Shown here: positions 20,740 to 30,839 of the stretch, in pieces | Layout: the number at the start of each line of letters is the position of its first letter | Numbering within the stretch: position 1 is the first letter of the stretch | Source of the DNA: an uncultured Candidatus Poseidoniales archaeon | Lineage (GTDB): Archaea > Thermoplasmatota > Poseidoniia > Poseidoniales > Thalassarchaeaceae | Direction of reading: 5' to 3' | Length of the DNA stretch: 64,000 bases | NCBI GenBank assembly: GCA_964343205.1 | Contig: CAYFID010000001.1 | Coordinates: forward strand, 10,835-74,834 | Notes under the pieces: generated by a model | The model's input: the letters and a program-made list of their open reading frames with translations, nothing else | The model's database searches: none | Told to the model about the DNA's origin: nothing | Made by a program: the position numbers and the translations under genes

Positions 20740-20768
20740 AACCGTTCGTAGAACGGTTGCAATATAGG
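20740..20768 (-). promoter_or_regulatory. Candidate promoter/operator of the aglB block. TATA-like box (minus strand CCTATATT, 20760..20768) abutting a perfect 8-bp inverted repeat AACCGTTC-gta-GAACGGTT (20740..20758).
   Basis: The inverted repeat was read directly from the sequence. It lies about 50..70 nt upstream of the aglB ATG (20688), between the TATA-like element and the expected start-site position. Confidence 0.4.
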
Positions 20769-20790
20769 GCATCGAGATTAGGTGGCAGAA

Positions 20791-22065
20791 TCATGACCGA
20801 AGAGCACGGATTCCTATGTCTTTCCTATAGTGTGAGCCTTCTAAATCAATTCCCTCAATTAACTGGTACGAGGCATGCAAAGCCTCACCTAGGCTGGGTG
20901 CTATTCCGGTAGCAGAGAGAACTCTCCCTCCTGAGGAAACAAGATTGTGTTTGTTTTCTATTCTCACTCCGGACAGATGTGAGAAGGCTATCACCTGGCC
21001 TTCATCGATTCTTGCATCCCACCCTTTGATCGGCCTTCCTGAATATACCTCTCCTGGGTAACCCTCTGCAGCTAAGACGACGGTTGCTGCGTGCATCTCA
21101 CTAAACTCTACTGCAGCATCCGCAATCCTCCCTTGTGCGGTTGCCATTAGGGCGGAGCCGAAATCAGACTTGAATAGCGGAATTGTGACTTGTGCTTCTG
21201 GATCTCCCAGTCTGACATTGAACTCAACGACCCTAGGAGAGCCTTCTGCGTCAATCATTAGTCCAACGTACAGACACCCCCGATATGGAATCGGAAAATT
21301 CCTGAGGTAATGATGCATCGGCTCAACTATTTCTTCTCTTGTTCTAGCCAATACTGAAGGAGTTGCGACAGGGGCTGGTGCGTATGCCCCCATCCCCCCA
21401 GTATTGGGCCCCGAGTCACCATCTCCGACCCTCTTGTGATCCTGACTGGCAGGGAGCATTACGTATCCAGATTCGTCCATAATTACCAACACAGATGCTT
21501 CCTCCCCCGATAGGTGCTCCTCCAGTAGGACGAAACCGTCAGATTCCAACCCATCGAGTAATGCGAGATGGGCTTCCTCCCTAGAAGAGGTAACGATAAC
21601 ACCCTTTCCTCCGGCCAATATGTCCCTTTTAATGACCCAAGGAGGGGTAAAAAAATCTAGTGATTCCTCAATTGACATAGCATCCCTTACCACTTCGAAA
21701 TTTCCTGTTGGAACTGCAAGCGACTCCATAACCCTCTTTGCATGAAGTTTTGAGCCCTCCAGCATTGCACCTTCGGAATGTGGACCGAAACAGGGTATTT
21801 CTTCCTCCCAAAGTCTGTCAGCAAGACCGTCTACGAGTGGTGCTTCGGGACCTACTACTACTAAAGAGACGTCCAATCTTTGGGCAAGTCCAACTATTCC
21901 ATCAATATCTGATGAAGATACGTCATGATTGGTGGCGATAAAGGAGGTTCCAGCATTCCCCGGAGTACAATGTATTCCTGAGACAGACAGACTCTTTGAC
22001 AGACCAATGGCAATTGCATGCTCCCTGCCACCACTTCCTACGACTAGGACATCCAGGGGATTCAT
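20791..22065 (-). CDS. purD: Phosphoribosylamine--glycine ligase
   Basis: The N-terminus VLVVGSGGREHAIA is a PurD signature, followed by an ATP-grasp region; length 424 aa. Confidence 0.9.
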   Translation of the reverse strand: MNPLDVLVVGSGGREHAIAIGLSKSLSVSGIHCTPGNAGTSFIATNHDVSSSDIDGIVGLAQRLDVSLVVVGPEAPLVDGLADRLWEEEIPCFGPHSEGAMLEGSKLHAKRVMESLAVPTGNFEVVRDAMSIEESLDFFTPPWVIKRDILAGGKGVIVTSSREEAHLALLDGLESDGFVLLEEHLSGEEASVLVIMDESGYVMLPASQDHKRVGDGDSGPNTGGMGAYAPAPVATPSVLARTREEIVEPMHHYLRNFPIPYRGCLYVGLMIDAEGSPRVVEFNVRLGDPEAQVTIPLFKSDFGSALMATAQGRIADAAVEFSEMHAATVVLAAEGYPGEVYSGRPIKGWDARIDEGQVIAFSHLSGVRIENKHNLVSSGGRVLSATGIAPSLGEALHASYQLIEGIDLEGSHYRKDIGIRALRS

Positions 22066-22114
22066 GGTTCGCGCTGGCTATGTATATGATAATGGATTCC
22101 ACTCAGAATGCTGA

Positions 22115-22762
22115 CTAGTAAGGAACGGACTTGAGGCCCAATCTGTATCCTAGAATATTGAACGACCTATGTAAAATGGGAGTGATAATGATTAGTATAG
22201 CCATGCCCATCAGAAGCTCTGAGCTTCCAACAATTGACGGATCAAGAAATAACTGCCCGAACACGAAAGTACATACTGCGAATGGAAGAGTATCGAGTAA
22301 AGGGGCCTCGGAGCTAGTACTGCCCTCCCTCTTGTGACCAGTTCGCCGCTTAACGAACGATCCCACGGAATCACCTAGCATGCATCCAAAGCCTAGTACA
22401 CACCCCAAAACAAATGCTGCAGCAATTCCGCCACCCATATAGAACCAAGCATCCGAGATATCCATTGCTCCAGTGCCATAAGACTCCAGAGGGTCTAGTA
22501 ATGGTGCGGAACCCAAATTGTTTCCCTTTGCAATCGAATGGGTAAACACCCCTAATAGGCCTCCGCCAATAGTCCCCCCGACAAGACCGTTCCATGTCTT
22601 TCCATCTCCAAGAATCCTGTTCCCGTCCCCCATTACTCTGCCCCCGTCTATTGTGTAAACGGGAATTCCAGTCAAGTCTGGAATCCATTTTCCACCTAGC
22701 ATTGCAGCAGTATTGGACAAATATCCCGGCAAGTACAACCAAAGAACAAGGAATGTGGCCAT
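22115..22762 (-). CDS. CDP-archaeol synthase-like (CarS/DUF46 family) polytopic membrane protein
   Basis: Motif LPGYLSNTAAMLGG..IDGGR..GDGKTWNGLVGG resembles the CarS LPAYVANG and GxxKTxxG loops. Multiple TM helices. The start was set at the internal Met (MATFLVLWLYLPGY); the family assignment comes from recalled motifs, not a search. Confidence 0.5.
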   Translation of the reverse strand: MATFLVLWLYLPGYLSNTAAMLGGKWIPDLTGIPVYTIDGGRVMGDGNRILGDGKTWNGLVGGTIGGGLLGVFTHSIAKGNNLGSAPLLDPLESYGTGAMDISDAWFYMGGGIAAAFVLGCVLGFGCMLGDSVGSFVKRRTGHKREGSTSSEAPLLDTLPFAVCTFVFGQLFLDPSIVGSSELLMGMAILIIITPILHRSFNILGYRLGLKSVPY

Positions 22763-22917
22763 AAGTGGATCCTCCCAAGGTAGATTCTCCGATGACATCA
22801 ATCGAGGCAGTGAAATCAGGAGGATGAACCTTCGCACATTTCAATGAGTGGATAATTAGCGAAAAATTCAGACTTGCCGGGGTGAGATTCATGTTCCTTC
22901 TAATGTGCCGGGGGACG

Positions 22918-24300
22918 ATGGGTGCTAGGATTACCGCCATAGTTTGCCTGACTCTTGTAGCATCCGTAGTTTCCTTGGCGGGAAATTCAATGGCCGAAGG
23001 CGAAGACATTATTGTAGAGTCTAATCTTACATGGATGAACGATATGGATCTCTCTCAGAATGTCCGAGTTGTCAACGGAGGTTCACTGACACTAACAGGA
23101 ATTGAAATTTCCATCTCCGATGGAATAGAGATTTTTGTAGATGCTGAATCTTCGATTACAGTACAAAGCGCCATATTGAAATCAAATAATACAGATGATG
23201 AAAATCCGGGGGATGGCGAGGGTTATACAATTGTTGTGGATGGGAAAATGGAAGCGAGAAATTCAACTATTAATGGAGCAGGGATTTCTACATCCGGTTC
23301 ACTCTATATCAATGACACAGCATTGGAGAAATCGGGGCCAGTGATTCTAGAAGCGGACGAGTCATCGATTTATCTGGGTGGCAAGAGCAGTTTCTCGAAT
23401 AGCAGCGATGGGCACGACATCAAGTCTAGGGCATTTTCCACGATCAACTGGGGGGAGGAAGTAACAGGGTCGGGAGGGGACACGAACAAGTGGGAGAGGA
23501 GGCTTGCTGGGCAAAACATCGTGTTTGATGCAGTATTCGTGACCTATGAGATTACTGGGATGTATCAAAAAGAAGTCTATACCAACTATAGCAATCAAGA
23601 TGGCGTTTCATTTATCGATGGTGGGAAGGAGAGAGTGGTTGAGATTGCTTGGTCGGATGACAATACATTGGAGATTAATCCAATCTGGACTGAGAAAGCT
23701 ATTGTTACCGTCACAGAATATAGAACAGCATGGAATCCAGTAGAGTCAGGAATAGGGAACTATGGCGGTGGGCAGTTCGAATTGTTATGGGATACCACAG
23801 TTCTTGCTGATTCTGGCACCCCCGAGATTGGATGGGAGTCTATTACCCCTCTAGACGAAGAAGGAGTGAGAATTAGTGAGGCCTCGATTGGAGAGTCAGT
23901 AAACATCGAAGCAGTGATTGCAAACTCGGGAACTGCCGCTGCTTCCTTGGCGATAGGGTGTGAGTTGTCCGGTACTGGAGAATCTGCACAGATATCGCCG
24001 TCTTTCCCGAATACCGTGGTTGCACCCGGGGGACAGGCCACGATTTCTTTCAGCTGGCGATCTTCTAATATTGGCGAAGAAGCCCTATCATGCAGAATTC
24101 TAACTCCCACCCAACTGGTCGATGAGATGGCATTCGGGGGAGGAATGATGACCAGCGGAACACTTGCATGGCAAGAGGGATCTAGCGATAACGATGCAGA
24201 ATCTACCCTCATTCCCGCGGTTGTTGCACTTCTTTTCGGTGCTGCTATTGGAGGGTATTTGCTATTCTCGATATATCAAGAGCAAGAGTTTGAAGATTAG
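22918..24300 (+). CDS. Secreted/surface beta-rich protein with signal peptide and C-terminal TM anchor
   Basis: Signal MGARITAIVCLTLVASVVSLAGNSMA. C-terminal TM LIPAVVALLFGAAIGGYLLFSIY plus the acidic tail QEQEFED. No enzymatic motif recognised. Confidence 0.6.
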   Translation: MGARITAIVCLTLVASVVSLAGNSMAEGEDIIVESNLTWMNDMDLSQNVRVVNGGSLTLTGIEISISDGIEIFVDAESSITVQSAILKSNNTDDENPGDGEGYTIVVDGKMEARNSTINGAGISTSGSLYINDTALEKSGPVILEADESSIYLGGKSSFSNSSDGHDIKSRAFSTINWGEEVTGSGGDTNKWERRLAGQNIVFDAVFVTYEITGMYQKEVYTNYSNQDGVSFIDGGKERVVEIAWSDDNTLEINPIWTEKAIVTVTEYRTAWNPVESGIGNYGGGQFELLWDTTVLADSGTPEIGWESITPLDEEGVRISEASIGESVNIEAVIANSGTAAASLAIGCELSGTGESAQISPSFPNTVVAPGGQATISFSWRSSNIGEEALSCRILTPTQLVDEMAFGGGMMTSGTLAWQEGSSDNDAESTLIPAVVALLFGAAIGGYLLFSIYQEQEFED

Positions 24301-25755
<1,455 letters not shown>

Positions 25756-27162
25756 TTAGGAAAAAAGTCTATTCTCTACAATTCTAGAAACATTAGACTC
25801 GTGGCCAGGGAGTGTCATGACGTAGACTACGTCTTGGCTAACCTGTCTCTTTCTAAGTGCCTCCGCCATCGGAGTCATCTCCTTCAACCATCTTGTTTTC
25901 CCGTCATTTCCTATGACCTTGACGTCTACCTGTGCCATCCTCGGTTCAGAAAGAAGTAGTTTGACGCTTGGAACGTCGATTGCTACATAACCGGGATCTA
26001 ATCCAGACCTGTAAGCCATTTCGTCCTCCAATTCCCTCCTAGAATTAGGGTCACTCGCAATAGAGGCCAGTCTTTCGATCTGATCATTAGTCAAATCTTC
26101 TTTTCTCCTACTCAAACAGACCTTGAGCAACCTCCTGTACTTTAGTCTTGTAATCATGTCTTTTGCAAAGTCTCCTGCACTTTCCAGCGAGCCCCATATC
26201 TCAGCATCTACCATTCTTTGAAGATCGAGAGAGTCTGGCAAATTGTTTCCAGCCCGTTCTACTGCTCTGGATAGCATGACCTCTGTAATTCTTGTTACTT
26301 TGTGGAAGTAAACCGCACTGTACATCAGGCCTCTAGCCATTAGCATCCCCTCAAGGGCGGGCATCCCTCCCTGCTCAACAGCTACATCCCCCCCCTCACT
26401 ACTTAGGCACTCAACCAGCCTCCGATGATCTACAATACCGTGCTTTACTCCAGTGAAGTGAGAATCCCTCAGGAGGTAGTCTAGCTGGTCGCAATCTACT
26501 GGACCATGAATCAGTTTAGCCATAGTCTGGTCCTCGCCTGTGAAGTCTCCACTTCCTTCAGTCCAACTAAGCAATGACCTCTCAGTTCCTGAGGCATCAG
26601 GGCCTCTGATCAACGATGCTACGTGTTTTGGATCTAATTCGTAGTCTTCTAGAATTTCAGGAATTGATCTCCTTCTTCCGAATGAGGAGCTTTCGCCATG
26701 GCCTAGAACATCGTATTCACCCAATATTATCCCCTGAGTAACCGACATGTGGTCCATTCCACCTCTTTCCTCTAGAATATGCTCAAGAGTGTGGGAGTAT
26801 GGCCCATGACCGACATCATGAAGCATTGCTGCTACTTGTAAAGTGGACTTTTCATGTTCATCAAGTGAAAGGGAATCGGCCATTCTACCAGCCAAATGTG
26901 ATGCCCCCAATGAGTGCTCGAATCTAGTATGGTGCGCTCCTGGAAAAACTAGGTGAGCCAGGCCAAGCTGTTTGATATGGCTGAGCTTGTTTATCTCAGG
27001 GGAAGCAAGCAAATCCTCCGTGGCCCCGCCCAGTTTGAACTGGCCATGGATTGCGTCGTTGATGATTTTCACAATTTCACCTATTGCGCCCAGATACCCA
27101 TCTGACTTGAACCGCTCGTTGGTTAGAAAATATGTCCCTGCTGTATCGTATATGTATTTCAT
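25756..27162 (-). CDS. HD-domain phosphohydrolase (dGTP triphosphohydrolase-like)
   Basis: HD motif segments HTRFEHSLG and AAMLHDVGHGPYSH. The start was moved to the internal ATG at 27162 (MKYIYDTAGTYF), which avoids overlap with the divergent RHH gene. Confidence 0.7.
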   Translation of the reverse strand: MKYIYDTAGTYFLTNERFKSDGYLGAIGEIVKIINDAIHGQFKLGGATEDLLASPEINKLSHIKQLGLAHLVFPGAHHTRFEHSLGASHLAGRMADSLSLDEHEKSTLQVAAMLHDVGHGPYSHTLEHILEERGGMDHMSVTQGIILGEYDVLGHGESSSFGRRRSIPEILEDYELDPKHVASLIRGPDASGTERSLLSWTEGSGDFTGEDQTMAKLIHGPVDCDQLDYLLRDSHFTGVKHGIVDHRRLVECLSSEGGDVAVEQGGMPALEGMLMARGLMYSAVYFHKVTRITEVMLSRAVERAGNNLPDSLDLQRMVDAEIWGSLESAGDFAKDMITRLKYRRLLKVCLSRRKEDLTNDQIERLASIASDPNSRRELEDEMAYRSGLDPGYVAIDVPSVKLLLSEPRMAQVDVKVIGNDGKTRWLKEMTPMAEALRKRQVSQDVVYVMTLPGHESNVSRIVENRLFS

Positions 27163-27246
27163 TTGAAATTCAAATGCAATACAATTATATGCCAACCACT
27201 TCTCTCGCAGACTCAGGAGGAGCATGAAGTGCCCGGCAACAGTCCA

Positions 27247-27594
27247 ATGGTCTCGCTTAGAATTCCCGAAGATCACCTTCTGGAGCTAGACAGATTGGTC
27301 GGTTTTGACGGGATGAGGAATAGGTCCGATGTAATTAGAGAAGCGATTCGAAGAATGCTATCTTCACCAATACCTGGAAAGGGAGACAGGATTGAGGTTG
27401 ACCTTGGGCCTGATTTGACAATAAGGCTGAGAGACTACTGCAAGGTTGTGGGAGAATCAGCAGATGTAGTGCTTAGGCAATCTGCCAGAGAAATGATCCG
27501 CAAAGAGATGATCGAGGGTGCCACAGTTGTGGACCTACTAAGAAAGCGTATGGAAGAGTTGCGCTTTAGGCATGATGAGGATTCAAACGCTTGA
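27247..27594 (+). CDS. Ribbon-helix-helix (CopG/NikR-like) transcriptional regulator
   Basis: N-terminal MVSLRIPEDHLLELDRLVGFDGMRNRSDVIREAIRRML is a typical RHH beta-strand followed by two helices; start set at the internal Met. Confidence 0.55.
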   Translation: MVSLRIPEDHLLELDRLVGFDGMRNRSDVIREAIRRMLSSPIPGKGDRIEVDLGPDLTIRLRDYCKVVGESADVVLRQSAREMIRKEMIEGATVVDLLRKRMEELRFRHDEDSNA

Positions 27595-27637
27595 GGTGAG
27601 AGAGATTGAGCGATGTTGGGATGCACACACACAAACC

Positions 27638-27662
27638 GGGGGGGCGGCAAAGCCGCTCCCCC
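27638..27662 (+). other. Strong GC hairpin (11-bp stem with one G-U pair, AAA loop) 44 nt downstream of the RHH gene stop
   Basis: gggggggcggc-aaa-gccgctccccc was read directly from the sequence. Confidence 0.5.
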
Positions 27663-27754
27663 AACCACAATTCGACTAAGGCCAAGAGTTACGGAAACGG
27701 CCTTAGAAAAATTCGAAACAGGGCTAAAGCATTGAGCAATGCGGTGGGTTATGA

Positions 27755-27764
27755 CTCACGTGAG
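27755..27764. promoter_or_regulatory. Perfect 10-bp palindrome CTCACGTGAG about 130 nt upstream of the receiver/PPDK_N gene
   Basis: Read directly; the sequence is self-complementary. Confidence 0.3.
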
Positions 27765-27818
27765 GCCCCAAGAATGCCTAGGAAAGCGGAATAGGTTTAG
27801 TTTCTCCATACACACACC

Positions 27819-27839
27819 GTCCCGCACCCGTTGCGGGAC
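27819..27839 (+). other. Perfect 8-bp stem with a 5-nt loop hairpin (gtcccgca-cccgt-tgcgggac) 50 nt upstream of the ATG at 27890
   Basis: Read directly from the sequence. Confidence 0.4.
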
Positions 27840-27889
27840 AACCTTCCGTTCTCCTGAAATGCAATGCCGTAGACCGGGCAGACAATCAC

Positions 27890-30799
27890 ATGGACGGGAG
27901 CGTCGAAGAGTGGAACAGGTTCGAGAGGTTAACCCCTTTCCGCGTTAGGGAAGTTCTCCTAATTGCTAGTCAGTTCGACCGATATTTACTGGAAGAGTCA
28001 GGTCACCTAGCAGAGATTCTTCAAGAAGAGTATACTGTGCTAAATCTTTCACAAGCACCCAGGATTATCCACAGCCCGGATGCCAAAGATGCGATAGAGC
28101 TTGTATCGAGCAGGAAATTCGATCTCGTCATCACGATGTCCAAGGTAGGAAAGATGGACGTCTACGAACTGGCTAGAAAATTGAAGAAAATCGAAGACGG
28201 AATGCCGGTAGTAATGCTAAGTCAGAACACCAGGGAGCTGGCGACACTGAGAACGGGAGACGGAATAGACCGGATTTTCGTCTGGAGCGGTGATAGCAGA
28301 ATTTTGCTGTCAATATGTAAACTGATTGAGGATGAGAAGAATGTTGAGAATGACGTCAGAGAGGGGGACGTACAGGTGATTCTCCTGGTTGAGGACAGCA
28401 GGAGGTTCTACTCGGCATACCTTCCACTTCTGTATACCCAGTTGGTAAACCAGACTAGTAGATTGACTGGTGAAGGTGGAAACCTACATGAGAACCTACT
28501 GAGGCTAAGAGCCAGAGCGAAGATTCTGCTCGCTACAGACATGGATGAAGCAAAGGGAATCATAGACAGATACTCCAGGAACATAATTGGGGTCTTCACA
28601 GATGGCCGTTTTCCCAATCAAGGAGGGGAGAGAGAAACAGCAGGATTGGAGCTCGTAAAATATGCAGAGAGCGGACACAGGTACCTTCCAATACTTCTCC
28701 AATCAAAGAACATAGAATTGAAAGAAGATGCGGAAGCTATTGGTGTTCCATTCCTTCACAAGGAAGATCCGATGCTGTACCAGAGAATTGAGGAGTTCAT
28801 GCAAGAAGAAATGAGCTTCGGAGATTTCATATTTAAGACTCCAGAAGGGATTGAGATTGGCAGGGCATCAAACCTAGAGGGTTTGGCAGAAATGGTTAGC
28901 GAAGTCCCATTGGAGTCCCTAGAATTCCATGCAAGTAGGAATGAATTCTCACACTGGCTCAGAGGTAGGACCGAATTCTCTCTGGCATCTTCATTAAGAC
29001 CAATGACATTGGAAGATTTCGATCACTCAGATGAGGTCAGAAACCATATCTCAGAGACAATAAAGTCACACATCCAGAGTGTAAGAAAAAGGACCATCAG
29101 GGATCATGACTCTAAATCAGAAAACGGGGGTTTCCAGAGAATCGGTAGAGGCAGCCTAGGGGGGAAAGGCAGGGGTCTGGCCTTCTTCTATACTAGGATG
29201 GATCAGCTAGAGCTTGGCGTGACATACCCCGAAATCGAATTCGTAGTGCCGAACTCAGTAGTAATTGCAACTGGTGTTTTCGGGGACTTCATCGGTAGAA
29301 ATAATCTATCCAGATTTGCTTACGGCGACTACAGTGATGAAGAGATAAATGAGTCGTTCCTTGCTGGAGACTTCGGTGAAGAGGTCGAGGAAATCAGGGA
29401 GATGTTGGACAAAACCTCCTGGCCTGTGGCTGTTCGCTCTTCGAGCCTACTCGAAGACTCTAGTCACCAACCCTTCGCTGGAGTCTACGCGACATACATG
29501 CTGGCCAACGATCACTCAGATTTGGATGTTAGATTGAGGCGCCTACTACAGGCAATAAAACTAGTTTACGCTTCAATATTCCATAAGAATGCCAAGGACT
29601 ACATCACCGCAACGGCAAGCAATATCGAGGACGAGAGGATGGCTGTTGTGGTCCAGGAAGTGATAGGAAGGAAGACTTCTGGCAGGTTCTATCCGGATAT
29701 TTCGGGTGCAGCGAGGAGTCGGAACCACTACCCAGTAGACCCTCTAAAGATGGAGGATGGGCTTGCTGCAGTCTGTATTGGCCTAGGCAGACAGGTCTCT
29801 ACGGGGGGGAAATGCTTGAGATTCAGCCCGGGACAACCAAAGAGAATCCATCAGTTCTACAGCACCAATTCAATCATAGAAACGTCCCAAAGTAGATTTT
29901 TCGCGATTCCTATGTGTGAAGAATACGGTGACGTCTATCCATCTGAGGAAGAAAACCTGGTTCACTTGGGCCTTAATGATGCCGAGGAAGATGGCAGGCT
30001 CTCTTTGGTGGGTTCTACATACTTAGCCTCTGACGACAGAATTGTGGATTCGATAAAGACCAGTGGTGGATCAAGGCTGGTAACCTTCGCTCCAGTTCTA
30101 AAACGCGAGAAATTTCCACTTGCCCCAATCTTGGACCATGTTCTAAAGACTTGTGAGGAGTTCCTTGCAAGCCCTGTGGAAATGGAGTTTGCGATCAACG
30201 TTGACCGGGATAGTGGGGATAGGAAGTTCGCCATCCTACAGGTTAGGCAACTGATGGACGAGTCCGTGGACATAGACATCGACTTAGACAAGATTGATCG
30301 AAGTAAGGCTGTCTGTGTAAGCAGCAAGTCACTTGGCAATGGGGTGATCGAAGGAGTCAATGATGTCGTATATGTTCACCCCGATCGTATGGATAGGATG
30401 AGGACTGTAGAGTTGGTTCCGTTGATAGAGGAGATTGACGCGAGGCTTAGAAAGGAAGGAAGGCCATACTTGCTGATTGGCCCTGGGAGATGGGGGTCAT
30501 CGGACCCCTCCCTGGGAATTCCTGTTCAATGGAACCAAATCATGGGGGCTAAGACGATTGTCGAAGCCCCAATGTCCGACATTCACGTAGACCCCTCCCA
30601 AGGGACTCACTTCTTCCAGAACATTGTGACCTTCAACATAGGTTATCTAACCATAATTAAAGGTGACCTGGTAGACTGGAGATGGTTGGACTCTCATGAC
30701 CCCAAAGTCGACAAGAAGGGGATGAGGCATATTTCCTTGGACGGCCCTCTCAAGGTTGTTCTGGACAGCCGGGACTCGGAGGCAATCGTAGTTAGATGA
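27890..30799 (+). CDS. Multidomain protein: degenerate receiver-like domain, second receiver domain, PPDK_N-type (PEP synthase / pyruvate phosphate dikinase nucleotide-binding) domain
   Basis: The first REC-like segment DLVITMSKVGKMDVYEL..PVVMLS has Met at the phospho-acceptor position. The second, VILLVEDS...IIGVFTDGRFP, retains the Asp. PPDK_N signatures are RIGRGSLGGKGRGLAFF (about 29153) and VAVRSSSLLEDSSHQPFAGVYATY. No TSHAAI phosphohistidine motif was found. Confidence 0.6.
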   Translation: MDGSVEEWNRFERLTPFRVREVLLIASQFDRYLLEESGHLAEILQEEYTVLNLSQAPRIIHSPDAKDAIELVSSRKFDLVITMSKVGKMDVYELARKLKKIEDGMPVVMLSQNTRELATLRTGDGIDRIFVWSGDSRILLSICKLIEDEKNVENDVREGDVQVILLVEDSRRFYSAYLPLLYTQLVNQTSRLTGEGGNLHENLLRLRARAKILLATDMDEAKGIIDRYSRNIIGVFTDGRFPNQGGERETAGLELVKYAESGHRYLPILLQSKNIELKEDAEAIGVPFLHKEDPMLYQRIEEFMQEEMSFGDFIFKTPEGIEIGRASNLEGLAEMVSEVPLESLEFHASRNEFSHWLRGRTEFSLASSLRPMTLEDFDHSDEVRNHISETIKSHIQSVRKRTIRDHDSKSENGGFQRIGRGSLGGKGRGLAFFYTRMDQLELGVTYPEIEFVVPNSVVIATGVFGDFIGRNNLSRFAYGDYSDEEINESFLAGDFGEEVEEIREMLDKTSWPVAVRSSSLLEDSSHQPFAGVYATYMLANDHSDLDVRLRRLLQAIKLVYASIFHKNAKDYITATASNIEDERMAVVVQEVIGRKTSGRFYPDISGAARSRNHYPVDPLKMEDGLAAVCIGLGRQVSTGGKCLRFSPGQPKRIHQFYSTNSIIETSQSRFFAIPMCEEYGDVYPSEEENLVHLGLNDAEEDGRLSLVGSTYLASDDRIVDSIKTSGGSRLVTFAPVLKREKFPLAPILDHVLKTCEEFLASPVEMEFAINVDRDSGDRKFAILQVRQLMDESVDIDIDLDKIDRSKAVCVSSKSLGNGVIEGVNDVVYVHPDRMDRMRTVELVPLIEEIDARLRKEGRPYLLIGPGRWGSSDPSLGIPVQWNQIMGAKTIVEAPMSDIHVDPSQGTHFFQNIVTFNIGYLTIIKGDLVDWRWLDSHDPKVDKKGMRHISLDGPLKVVLDSRDSEAIVVR

Positions 30800-30839
30800 G
30801 GCCAATCTTCTTGGTCGTTCTATTTTCACGTAGTACCCC

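Noticed and set aside
27606-27794. 62-aa basic ORF (MSDVGMHTHKPGGRQSRSPNHN...) inside the structured spacer
   Set aside because: Arg/Lys-rich translation of a GC-rich hairpin region; it overlaps the strong stem-loops and is more likely non-coding.
27595-27889. RNase P RNA or SRP RNA in the 295-nt spacer
   Set aside because: The size is compatible, but I could not find the conserved P4 / GGAAAGUCCGGGC-like or SRP domain-IV signatures by eye. It is left as unclassified structured RNA pending an Rfam scan.
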